Source: Chiloscyllium plagiosum
Lineage: Eukaryota
Direction of reading: 5' to 3'
Assembly: GCF_004010195.1 (NCBI RefSeq)
Contig: NC_057720.1
Coordinates: forward strand, 3,016,034 to 3,061,228
DNA length: 45,195 nt
Part shown: positions 34,026 to 45,195 of the stretch, one piece after another
Layout: each line of letters starts with the position of its first letter
Numbering within the stretch: position 1 is the stretch's first letter
Notes under the pieces: generated by a model
Databases searched by the model: none
Seen by the model: the letters and a program-made list of their open reading frames with translations, nothing else
What the model was told of the DNA's origin: nothing
Made by a program: the position numbers and the translations under genes

Positions 34026-35395
34026 TCTGTAGAGCCAGTTAGTTATGGGGATCCAGCTTCAAACCCCACCAGGGCAGATGATGGAATTTGAATTCAATAA
34101 AAATCTGAACTTCAACAGGTGATGAAACCGTAGTCAATTGTTGCGGCAATCCATCACTAATGTCCTTTAGGGAAGGGACCAGTCATTTGGTCTAGATGAC
34201 TCCAGAACCAGAGCAATGTTTTTTCAACTCTTAACTGCCCCAGGACTCTGTCCCTAAGAGCTTTGTGGGTCAATCCACAGCACATGGTCTGCAGCGGTTC
34301 AAGAAGGCAGCTCACCCCCACCTTCTCAAGGGGCAACTAAGGATGGACACAACTCCATGATTTTTTTAAAATTTCAAGGCCATATATTGCTAGGGGAATC
34401 AGTCCAGATAGGCTGGAGAAATAAGGGGTCAATTGTCCAAAGACCCCCTCAAAAGATCTCTCCAGGCTAATGGCAGAGTTTAATAAGTGTGTTTCATTCC
34501 TGAAGCTTAACTTGTATTGAACCTTGGTAAGTTAGCACTCACAAAGCTGTGCATGTTCTCACCTTCAAACTGAAATCAGGTTATGGTGATGCTGGGGCTG
34601 GCTTTGAATAGATTTTTGAGGATCGTTCCAGAGGCTATAATGATCAGGAAAGATTGAACAGTCTCTGGCGGAGATTGACGGATGACTTGACAGAGATTTT
34701 AAGATCAAAATGTGCCTGCTTGTGCGGGAAAACTTTTTAAAAGATGTGAAGTAAAATATAAGATGCTGTAATAATAAATTGAGTGAGAAATTGAGAGGAT
34801 GCAGAGTGTGAGATACATACTACCACAGAGAGTGGTTGAAGAGAATCATATTCAGGCATTTAACTGGAAACCTGATAAACAAATGTGGGAATAAGTTGCA
34901 GAAGGCTCGTGTAAGGGGAAGGGGAGTGGGAAGAGATGTATGTGAGCATCAACACCAGTCTTGACCAGTTGGGTCAAATGGCCTGTTTTCTGTGCTGTAG
35001 ACTCTATGTAACTGGCAGAGTTTTCAGAATTTATGCTTGGCTATTGTGCCTCCTGCTGGTTAAATAATACAATTGCACCGTGACTGTTGACATAGCGAGT
35101 TTGAATGGAAATGTTGGCAAGCAGTTTATCATCTGAAGTATTTAACAGTAAGGTGTATCCATGATTCACGATAACAGAAGTTAAAGTTTATCAACAGGAA
35201 TTCCACATTCCAGGCTTCATCCGTTGCTTTTCAGTCACTGAGTCAGAATAACGTGTTCAATTCCCACTCTCGAAAACTGGGAGTAGAATTTTGGCAGACG
35301 GTTTAAGGCATTTTCCAGGGAGGGCTGTCCTGCCAAATGTTCTGTCTTTAAAAGTCTTGGTATTCCTGGGGTGATCACAGGATAATGGCTTTATT

Positions 35396-35705
35396 ATAGA
35401 ATCCCTACAGTGTGGAAACAGGCCCTTCGGCCCAACAAATCCACACCAACTCTCCGAGGAGTAACCCACCCAGACCCATTTCCATACCCTACATTCACCC
35501 CTGACTAATGCACCGAACCTATACATCCCTGAGCAACTTAGTGTGGCCAATTCACCTGATCTGCACATCTTTTGTTTGTGGGAGGAAACCCACACAGACA
35601 CGGGGAGAATGTACAAACTCCACACAGACAGTCGCCTGAGGCTGGAATCGAACCTGGGTCCCTGGCACTGTGAAGCAACAATGCTAACCACTGCGCCACC
35701 CATTA
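35396..35705 (-). mobile_element. HE1-like V-SINE
   Basis: Same head and tail; V-domain with a small internal deletion. Confidence 0.85.
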
Positions 35706-36107
35706 TTGCACAAGAAGTCATAAAACACAGGAGCAGGAATAGGCCATTCAACCCATCAAGTCTGTTCCACCATTCAGTGAGATTGTGGCTGATCTGATCA
35801 TCCTCAAATCCACTTTCCTGCCTTTTTTCACTAAAGGTGTGGACCAGTAATTCATGGATCACGACTTTAAACCCCACTAGGTCACTTCAAGAAATTGAAT
35901 TCTGTGTTTCTTACAAATCTATAAACTGGTATTGGTATACATGACCATTAAGCTACATAGTTATAAAAAATAATCCCATCCTGTGAGTGAATAATGTAAA
36001 AGGTTTTTGTACATAATGCCTTAATCTGTAAGAAGGGTTTCTGTTTCAGAAATTACAATATACTTTTGCAATTATATCATTAAGTAACTGGAAACTTTAT
36101 TTTTCAG

Positions 36108-36232
36108 ATATTATGAGCTGAATTCAACTCAAAGTCTTATTGAAAACCTGAGCCACAAAACGGTTATTGAGTATCCTACATTACACGTAGTTTTGAAAAT
36201 GAATTCTCCAGAATACAGGTTACTCAGTGATG
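36108..36232 (+). CDS. ZNHIT6: ZNHIT6 exon 9
   Basis: tttatttttcAG|A; (R)YYELNSTQSLIENLSHKTVIEYPTLHVVLKMNSPEYRLLSD; donor G|GTAAGT; contains the BCD1 C-terminal motif NL..K.(I/V)IEYPTLHVVLK. Confidence 0.96.
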
Positions 36233-37133
36233 GTAAGTTGGCTCAATTTAACATTTCTCCATAAACATAATGCCACATTATAGCAGAGAGTTGTGCATGG
36301 TATGTGATCTAAAATGAATGGTCCAGATTTAAATAGAGTGCTGGGTGAGACAGTTCTGAAGAAGAAAGTCATTGGACTCTAACTGTTAATTGTTTCTCTC
36401 TCCCTAGATATTGCTGGACCAGCTGAGTTTCTCCAGCCATTAATAGTTTTATTTCAGCAAGTGGGAGAGCTAGAGATCTTGAGGAGTTAGTGGGAGGGGG
36501 GAGTAACCTGACTAACTGAGAAGGATGTTTAAAAACAATCATGAGGTGCTTAGCTTTCGAAATGAAAGGTGTAAAGTACTAAAGCTGGGATGGAATACTG
36601 AAACTTCATCATTCCCCCCCCCCCACCCCGTTGGACCCTCGCTGGAGGGTTGAGTCCAATCCTGAGTCCCGTGCTTCAGAAAGATGTCGGGGTGAGGAGA
36701 GGGAGCTGAGGAGATTTACTGGAATGGGGACTGGGATGAGGAACTTTAGTGAATGTGGAGAGCCGGAGAAGCTGGGATTGGTCTCCTTAGAGCAGGAAAG
36801 GTTCCATGGGGGTTTAATCGAGATATTTAAAACCTAGAAAGATTTTGACAGATTAAACAGAAGTTCCCAATGGCAAGACGATTGATAAAAGAATGAGAGG
36901 AGTATTTTTGGAGAATGAATATGATCTGGAATGTGCTGTCTGAATGAGCAGGTTCAATAATAACCTACGAAAGCTTTTCACTGTGCCTCGGTACACGTGA
37001 CAGTAAATTCAATGCAATTCAATTGGAAAGGGAATTGGAATAGTGTAACAGGACTGTGGGGAAAGTGGATTAGGGTCGATCATGCAGCTTCTCAAATAGT
37101 TTCTTTTCTACTTTTATCACTTCCATGAAATGT

Positions 37134-37355
37134 CAGGGTGTGGAGGGGCCGGTGTTAGACTGGGATGGACAAGGTCAGAAGTTACATGACACCGGGTTAT
37201 AGTCCATCAGGTTTTACTAGAAATCACAAGCTTTCAGAGCGCTGCCCCTTCATCAGTCACCAGCACTTCACCTGACAAAGGGCCAGCGCTCCAAAAGCTT
37301 GTGATTTCAAATAACCCTGTTGGACTATAACCTGGTGTCAGGAGTCTTCTGACTC
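37134..37355. mobile_element. Fold-back Penelope-derived element, second family
   Basis: Inverted arms about 37172-37256 and 37272-37354; minus arm reads CTGATGA-a-ggggc-agc-gctct-GAAA-GCTT-gtg; flanking direct repeat tgaaatgt at 37126-37133 and 37356-37363. Confidence 0.8.
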
Positions 37356-38333
37356 TGAAATGTATTTATACTTTGGTACTTTCTGGTCCCAATGTACCCT
37401 TAATTTTTTCATTTGGGAGTGTGTGGGCAACGCTGTCTGGACCGAAGTTTATTGCCCGTCCCCAGTTACCCCGGAGAAGGTGTTGGGGCGCTCCTTCTCC
37501 TGACTTTCTCAAATTTAACCTGCTCCAAAGTGCCAGCGAGTTGTACTTTGAGCATGGTCACCATTTTGCACGTAGAAGACCAGCCCAAATAAAAGAAAAT
37601 TGCCAAGTTATCTGGGTGACCTGCTTCGCTGGTGGCTGTTTAAAACCCAGCAGAAACCTCAGCTCCTGCAACATAAATGTCTACATTCACCAGAAGTCAC
37701 AGGCAGTATCTCTAGGATATATCCAGTGAGATGGTGGTACAGTGGTCATGTCACTGGGCTAGTAATCAAGGGGCAGAGCTAAATGGCCTGGGTCACAGAC
37801 TCAAATCCCATAATGGGAACTGGGAGCATTCATCTTCAGATCATAAAATCTGAGATGGAAGCTCCTCTCCGTGACTGTATCAAAAACCCATCTGGTTAAC
37901 TGAAATCTTTAGGGAAGGAAATCTGCCCCCCCTTACCCGGTTTGGATTACATGTGACTCCAGACCCACAGCAATGTGCCCAGAGAGCCACTCAGTTTAAG
38001 GGCAATTAAGGATGGGCGGCATTTACCAGCCTTGCCCGTGGCACCCACTTCCCTCAGAAGGGAACTTAGCTGAACCTTCAACAACACGGCACTCCCTCAG
38101 CACCACCTGTATTTGTGTGGTACTTTTGATATAATAAAGTTTTGCATGGTGCTTCACAGGAACAAGTTATCAAACAAAGTGACACATAAGTGATATGTGT
38201 CCTGAGCCAGTGTTTGAATCTAAATGTTGCTTATTATCTGCTTTGCTTGATGTCAGCAGCCTCTCGCTGTATATCAGTGTCACTCTGAGGCTTACCTTGT
38301 GTATTTTTCTACTCCCCACGTCACATATCAAAG

Positions 38334-38470
38334 TGGATTCCAATGAAGATGCCCAGAACAGTACAGACCCCTCCTCCGAGAGTTCACTGGAGGAAGGAGA
38401 GATCAAAGACAACTCCGAAACAAATCTCACTCTGAATTCACGTTGTGATCGTGAGGACCTTCCTGTTTGA
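38334..38470 (+). CDS. ZNHIT6: ZNHIT6 probable last coding exon 10
   Basis: Pyrimidine tract gtatttttctactcccc...tcaaAG|TG completes GTG (Val) in phase 1; VDSNEDAQNSTDPSSESSLEEGEIKDNSETNLTLNSRCDREDLPV*. The acidic tail looks protein-like, but the AAG acceptor is weak and the sequence is poorly conserved. Confidence 0.7.
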
Positions 38471-38545
38471 GTAAGACTGTTGCTTGGTGTCACTTTCAGT
38501 ACTTATTGATCCCAGAGTTGTATTTGTACTTTAACTAATTTCTTA

Positions 38546-38824
38546 ATTAAATTTGTTAACTATTTATCTTGCATTTCTTTATTACCTTCCCACCCTTGAA
38601 GTGTACATTTTTGTATTGCCTCAACGAAAACCAGTCCCGAGGTTTAGATTTGATTTTATTGTCAGGTGTGCCCCAGGACAGGAGTCCAGTGAAAAGTGTA
38701 TAATGTCAGCAACACAAGGTGCCACCTTGTACCCAGGTACACAATCTGAAGAACAAGGTAGAAGGAACAAAGTCAATACACATTGCAGACCTTCTTAGTT
38801 TTAAGTAAAAAATAAAGAAATAAA
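38546..38824 (+). promoter_or_regulatory. Candidate polyadenylation signals for ZNHIT6
   Basis: ATTAAA at 38546-38551 and AATAAA at 38811-38816 and 38819-38824 downstream of the stop codon; which one is used cannot be determined here. Confidence 0.3.
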
Positions 38825-41064
38825 GCTGAAAGTTCAAACATTACAGTCTTTCTCTTCAGTTCTTCCCTTATCTGCAGAATCTTGGGAATGGGAGACTAAG
38901 ATTGGCTGGAAACAGTTCAGTGTGGAGAAGGAGCTTCCATGTACTTGTCACTGTTTCCTGGGGTTTCCAGTTAAGGTATGGAATACAGAAAGAAGATGCT
39001 TATCATAGACCCGTATAAACACTGGCTTGTCCTCAGCTGGGCATTGCGTTTCTAGACCCCGCACTTTGGGGGGGTTGGGGGTGGGTGCTAAGGCAGTGGA
39101 GTGGAAAGATTCACATGCTGGGACTGTTGTTGGAGGAGGGATGTTGAATTGGATTGAGGTGTTTAAAATCACGAGGAGTCTGGGCAGAATAGAGAGGAAA
39201 TGTTCCCACTGAGAGCCAGGTAGATACAGAGTTAAGGTGCTCCCTTAAATTCTTTCATGGGGTGAGAGTGTCATTGAGAACGCCAGCGTTTCTTGCCCTT
39301 CCCTAGTTACCCTCAAACTGAGAGACTTGCCTGGCCAATCCCGAAGGCAGTTAAGAGGCAGCCATGTTACAGTGTCTGGAGTCACATGTAGGCCAGACCT
39401 TCCCTAAAGGGTTTTTATGACAACTGATGATAGTTTCATGCTCACCATTACTGAGAAGCTCTTTAGATTCCAGATTAATTCGTTAAATGTAAATTTTACC
39501 AGCTGCCGTGGTGGGATTTGAACCCTTTTCCCCACAGCCTGAGCCTCTGGGTTGCTGGTGCAGTGACGTTTTCACAGAGTGGGGATGGAGCTGGCTGGAT
39601 CCTCTTGGATTGGGGAAGGTGGTGTTGAGCTGCCTATTCAGCCTGGGTGGTTTGAGATTCCCTTCCCTGAAGGCCATTGTGAACCAGAGGGGCCTTTCCA
39701 GTGATCAACAACATTTCTGTAGTCTTCATCGAGACTTTGAATTTCGATTTGTTTTTAGAAATCCCAACCTCTGTCTCCAAAACATTGCCTGGCTCTCTGA
39801 ATTACTCCAATGGATTCCACACCACTGCCTCCTTAAATGGCAGCTTGAGGAAAATCCTTTCCACACATTCAGCAGTTCGGAGGGTGCTGGACTGTAATTG
39901 GATACAGGCAAAATGTGAGGGGTTATGGGAAACGGCAAAGACCTGGGACGTAGTAAATCACTCATTTGGAGAGCTAGGACAGAAATGACTGGCTGAATGG
40001 CCTCTTTCTAATGCTGTAGCTCTTCTACCCGACCTACATTAGGATCAGCAATGCACACGAGTCCAGAGGAAGGTGAAGGAGATTGTAGAGATAGTGAGGG
40101 AGAGAAGGCCTTGAGAGAGATTTGGAAACAAGCACAAGATCATTCAAGTAGGAGATAACATCAGATTGGGAGCGAGCTGGTGGAAGATGGGAATTGAAGG
40201 TAGGAGGCCAGGGCTTGTCAAAGTAACAGCTTCTGTGACCACTTGCTGCGATACGATAAGGATTAATCTGGAGGTGACCCCAAGTGAAGTCAACACAAAA
40301 CATCACCAATACAATGTTCAACAATAACAGCCACATCAACTCCAATCATGTCCAGATTTCAGTTCCAAGTATGTTACAATGATGCTGTGATCTAGTGACA
40401 CTGTAACATCAGTCACAGCTGGGATAGAGTGTTGTCAGGAGTTTGATTCAATTCTCTTAACTCTGTCTCGTCTAAACTGGATTTCTTTTTCTGTTTAAAT
40501 TAGCAATTTCAGGGATTATTTCTCAGGTTTGGTTGGACATAATACTGATGTAACAAGCAGACCCAACAACAAGATTGACTAACCTGATCCCCTCCGTGTT
40601 TTCACCTTCCCCGTCAGCAACCTAGCTGCATTCCAGGGTCTCTGGGTGTCTGAAGTTTACAGCCAATAGCAGTATTTTGAATTGAAGTCATTGCTATAAT
40701 GTAGGAACATTAAATTATTTTTTTCGAAGTGTTTATGTGGGTTAATATCAGACCATCCTGCATTAGCATGTTGCAAACTGAAGGGACTCGGTGTAAGTGT
40801 TTATTGACAGCATGACCTCACACTGAGCCAGTCCTGCTGGGTCTCTGGCTGGAGAATAACTGTGTCTGTGTGAGATCCAGTGTCGTTTCAGCATCTTCCA
40901 GATTATTCAGGGTGGAAGCAACTCCGAAATCTATAACTCTCCAGAAATCACAGCAAGGGATGAATAGTGAGACCAGACCCATTAAACAGAAAGGATAAGC
41001 ATTCATTAATTAGATCAGTCATTACGAACGTTCAATTTCATTTTGTCAGTCACATATTTTGGAA

Positions 41065-42182
41065 GGAAGGTAAAAACAATGACTGCAGATGCTGGAAACC
41101 AGATTCTGGATCAGTGGTGCTGGAAGAGCACAGCAGTTCAGGCAGCATCCGATGAGCTTCGAAATCGACGTTTCCGGCAAAAGCCCTTCATCAGGAATAA
41201 AGGCAGTGAGCCTGAAGTGTGGAGAGATAAGCTAGAGGAGGGGGGGGGTGGGGAGAAAGTAGCATAGAGTACAATGNNNNNNNNNNNNNNNNNNNNNNNN
41301 NNNNNNNNNNNNNNNNNNNNNNNNNNNNNNNNNNNNNNNNNNNNNNNNNNNNNNNNNNNNNNNNNNNNNNNNNNNNNNNNNNNNNNNNNNNNNNNNNNNN
41401 NNNNNNNNNNNNNNNNNNNNNNNNNNNNNNNNNNNNNNNNNNNNNNNNNNNNNNNNNNNNNNNNNNNNNNNNNNNNNNNNNNNNNNNNNNNNNNNNNNNN
41501 NNNNNNNNNNNNNNNNNNNNNNNNNNNNNNNNNNNNNNNNNNNNNNNNNNNNNNNNNNNNNNNNNNNNNNNNNNNNNNNNNNNNNNNNNNNNNNNNNNNN
41601 NNNNNNNNNNNNNNNNNNNNNNNNNNNNNNNNNNNNNNNNNNNNNNNNNNNNNNNNNNNNNNNNNNNNNNNNNNNNNNNNNNNNNNNNNNNNNNNNNNNN
41701 NNNNNNNNNNNNNNNNNNNNNNNNNNGGTCTTTGCGGAAGGCGGAAAGGGGTGGGGAGGGAAATATATCCCTGGTGATGGGGTCTTTTTGGAGATGGCGG
41801 AAATGTCGGCGGATAATTTGGTTTATGCGAAGGTTGGTAGGGTGGAAGGTGAGCACCAGGGTATTCTGTCCTTGTTATGGTTGGAGGGATGGGGTCTGAG
41901 GGCGGAGGTGCGGGATGTGAACGAGATGTGTTGGAAGGCATCCTCAACCACATGGGAAGGGAAATTGCGGTCTCTAAAGAAGGAGGCCATCTGGTGTGTT
42001 CTGTGGTGGAACTGGTCCTCCTGGGAGCAGATACGGCAGAGGTGGAGGAATTGGGAATACGGGATGGCATTTTTGTAAGAGGTAGGGTGGGAAGAGGTGT
42101 AATCCAGGTAGCTGTGGGAGTCGGTGGGTTTGTAAAAAATGTCGGTGTCAAGTCGGTCGTCACTAATGGAGATGGAGAGGTG
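41065..42182 (-). mobile_element. 5'-truncated Penelope-like retroelement; contains an assembly gap
   Basis: Minus frames ...RLDTDIFYKPTDSHSYLDYTSSHPTSYKNAIPYSQFLHLCRICS... and LTFHPTNLRINQIIRRHFRHLQKDP...FPSPPLSAFRKD; terminal repeat with hammerhead motif at 41163-41198 (attc-CTGATGA-a-gggc-tttt-gccg-GAAA-CGTC-gatt). Confidence 0.92.
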
Positions 42183-42892
42183 GGTATGGTCAGTCTGCGT
42201 GCAAGAGGAACATTTTGGTTTCAACAGTAACAAGTCTTGTCAGACAGTTAGAAATCGCAATGTGAGAAATGAGTATTTAACTTTGACCTGCCAAGCAGCA
42301 GCTTTTTCTTTCAGTGATGCCATTTGGCACGAACCTGAATTTTGTGAAATCATGCATAGCCTTGTCATGTCAGCCGTGCGGTTTAGATGCAAAATGTAAT
42401 CCCTATGTAAAAGGAAAGGTCAGGTAAGGTCTTTAACTTGTTTCCGAACAGAAAATATGCACTTTCTCAGAATTGTCTGATTGTCAAATCAGAAGTTTAA
42501 AACTCAAGCAGTATCAATGAACAATAATTTATTGTACAAACAAGGAAAAACTGTCGGCCATTCAACCCTTTGGGTCTGATCTACCATTCAGTAAGATCAT
42601 GGCTGATGTGATTTTAATCTCAACTCTACATTCCTGCATATTCCCGATAATCTTGGTCATCAAGAAACTATCTCCCTCTGCCTTAAAAATATTGAAAGAT
42701 TCAACATCCACTGCCTTGTGAGGGAGGGACATTGTACTTGCTTCTACATTGTTACAGAGATTGCTTTGATTCTTAAAGCTGAAGACAACTATTTTCTTTT
42801 TGAGTCCAATATGATTCATCTTCAGAACATAACTCTGTTCCTGTCTCCACAGTCCTGCCCAGTTTCTCCAGGACTTTCTGGGGGTTTTTTAT

Positions 42893-43235
42893 GGGGCAAA
42901 CACGGTGGTTCAGTGGTTAGCACTGCTGCCTCACAGCACCAGGGTCCCAGGTTCAATTCCACCCGGGTGACTGTCTGTGTGGAGTTTGCACATTCTTCCC
43001 GTGTCTGCGTGGGTTTCCTCCGGGTGCTCCAGTTTCCTCCCATACTGCAAAGATGTGCAGGTTGGTTGGATTGACAATATTAAATTGGCCATAGTGTCCA
43101 AGGATGTGCAGGCTATGTGGATTTACCATGGGAAATGCAGTGTTACAGGGATAGCGTGGTGGGTCTGGGTAGGCTGCTCTTTGGAGGTGTGGTTTGGAGT
43201 CAGTGGGCTGAATGGCCACACTCTAGGGATTCTGT
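42893..43235 (+). mobile_element. HE1-like V-SINE
   Basis: cacggtggttcagtggttagcactgctgcctcacagcaccagggtcccaggttcaattcc head followed by V-domain. Confidence 0.88.
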
Positions 43236-43719
43236 AATTTCACATATCCACTATTTGCAGTACTTTATATATGTACTGTAGCTGTTTTCTTGTTTTGCAT
43301 CTCTGACTCCATCCTTGGCTTACATTGGCTCCTGGTTCAGAAATGCCTCAACTCTAACATGGTTGTCCTTGTGTTCCAATCAGCCATTAATTCTCCAGCT
43401 TGACCTGTTTCTGCAGCCTTTAATTCCCCTGGAAATCTCTCACACCCCTCCAACTCTGTCCTCTTTCACGTGCCTGAAGTTCAGGCTGGTGGAGGTCTGA
43501 CTGCAGAGTTCCACACCTGTCAATATTAGGACCTCGAGTTCTTTTTGTGAGATATCAGTGATTGAAACCTTCGTGACCAGGGCAGTGTTTAAACATTTCC
43601 TGGCAGCAGCCAGCCTGGGATGATGGTGAAGTGTGAGAACATTCGTGCTGAGCTTCAACAGGACATTGAGACGTCGTTGGGATAGCCAGCTGGCTTCCAC
43701 TAAAATAGAATTTCATAGA

Positions 43720-44634
43720 GTCATGTTCATCCTCCCCAATGCCGTGTCTATCCTCCCCAACGCCATGCCCATCCTCCCCATGTTATGTCCATCCTCCCCA
43801 TGCCATGTCCATCCTCCCCAGGTCATGTCCATCCACCCCAATGCCGTGTCCATCCTTCCCAATGCCGTGTCTATTCTCCCCAACGCCATGCCCATCCTCC
43901 CCATGTTATGTCCATCCTCCCCAATGCCATGTCCATCCTCCCCAATGCCGTATCCATCCTCCCCATGCCATGTCCATCCTCACCAATCCATGTCCATCCT
44001 CCCCATGCCATGTCCATCCTCCCCAATGTCATGTCCCTGCTCCCCAATGCCAAGTCCATCCACCCCATGCCATGTCTATCCTCCCCAATGTCATGTCCAT
44101 CCTCCCCATGCCATGTCCACCCTCCCAATGCCATGCCCATCCTCTCCAATGCCATGTCCATCCTCCCCAATGCCATGTCCATCCTCCCCAATGCCATGTC
44201 CACCCTCCCAATGCCATGCCCATCCTCCCCAATGCCATGTCCATCCTCCCCAATACCATGTCCACCCTCCCCAATGCCATGTCCATCCTCCCCAATGCCA
44301 TGTCCATCCTCCCCATGCCATGTCCATCCTCCCCAATGCCATATCCATCATCCCCATGCCATGTCCATCCTGCCCAATGCCATGTCCATCCTCCCCATGC
44401 CATGTCCATCCTCCCCATGCCATGTCCATCCTGCCCAATGCCATGTCCATCCTGCCCAATGCCATGTTCATCCTCCCCATGCCATGTCCATCCTGCCCAA
44501 TGCCATGTCCATCCTCCCCAATGCCATGTCCATCCTCCCCATGCCATGTCCATCCTCCCCATGCCATGTCCATCCTCCCAATGCCATGTCCATCCTCCCC
44601 AATGCCATGTCCATCCTCCCCAATGCCATGTCCA
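43720..44634. repeat. Minisatellite, 20-21 bp unit, about 44 copies
   Basis: tgccatgtccatcctcccca(a) repeats; explains the long overlapping ORFs on both strands. Confidence 0.95.
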
Positions 44635-44921
44635 GTTTGTTTGGATGTAGGACTTCATTCATTTGGAAAAGGAAAGGTCAGGTAAGGGTCATAACTGACC
44701 TCATGTAATGCAGGGAAATGTACAAAGACTCAATTTGGTAGGAAGTACATGGAGAGACATACAATTTTTATACTCAATGACCCAACCAATAAAGACAAGC
44801 ATGCTGTTATGCCTTTTTTATTACCTTATTCACTTGTGACCATAAGATACAGAAGCAGATTTAAGCCATTCAGCCCATTGAATCTGCTGCACCATTCTTT
44901 CATGGTTGACATGTGTCTCAT

Positions 44922-45195
44922 CTGGAAATGTGTTGCTGGAAAAGCGCAGCAGGTCAGGCAGCATCCAGGGAACAGGAGAATTGACGTTTCGGGCATAAGC
45001 CCTTCTTCAGGAATGGGGAAAGTTTGTCCAGCAGGCTAAGATAAAAGGTAGGGAGGAGGGACTTGGGGGAGGGGCGTCGGAAATGTGATAGGTGGAAAGA
45101 GGTCAAGGTGAGGGTGATAGGTCAGACTGGGGGGGGGGCGGAGAGGTCGGGAAGAAGATCTCAGGTTAGGAAGGCGGTGCTGAATTCGATGGATT
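44922..45195 (-). mobile_element. Penelope 3' terminal repeat (continues beyond window)
   Basis: Hammerhead motif on the minus strand at 44979-45014 (attc-CTGAAGA-a-gggc-ttat-gccc-GAAA-CGTC). Confidence 0.8.

Noticed and set aside
38195..38333. 5' part of ORF 38195-38470 as coding sequence
   Set aside because: It reads through the polypyrimidine tract; only the part after the AG at 38332-38333 fits the exon 9 phase.
39831..39840. Perfect CArG box CCTTAAATGG
   Set aside because: Isolated 10-mer in repeat-derived context; expected by chance in 45 kb.
42893..42970. tRNA genes at SINE heads
   Set aside because: The A/B boxes belong to V-SINE and other SINE heads and run straight into SINE bodies; no complete cloverleaf.
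43633..44708. Long overlapping ORFs (300-350 aa) on both strands
   Set aside because: They arise from a stop-free 20-21 bp minisatellite; no domain content or splice context.

Overview
Eukaryotic (vertebrate) genomic DNA. The repeat content (HE1-type V-SINEs, CR1 and L2 LINEs, Penelope-like elements, a Deu-domain-derived minisatellite) points to a cartilaginous fish, probably a shark; this is an inference. The window holds almost all of one spliced + strand gene, ZNHIT6 (BCD1, zf-HIT box C/D snoRNP assembly factor). I reconstructed 10 coding exons with GT-AG boundaries and consistent phases (2-375, 6340-6405, 8424-8530, 8603-8688, 9877-9980, 18498-18566, 23703-23783, 24403-24483, 36108-36232, 38334-38470; 1230 nt = 409 aa plus stop). 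The start codon lies upstream of the window. The introns are dense with decayed retroelements, and most entries in the ORF track are repeat artefacts. The most striking non-coding signal is about 15 short Penelope-derived terminal repeats from at least three sequence families. They carry minimal hammerhead ribozyme motifs (CUGANGA...GAAA-palindrome-UH), are often inserted as fold-back palindromes with 8-17 bp target-site duplications, and their 5' breakpoints cluster at the ribozyme core. Other points: a C-terminal SLEEGEI motif and a Ser-Pro repeat N-terminus in ZNHIT6, and a perfect 68-bp inverted templated insertion. Three assembly gaps (7142-7458, 20205-21193, 41277-41726) all fall inside Penelope-like elements. 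Repeat boundaries are approximate and no database searches were run.
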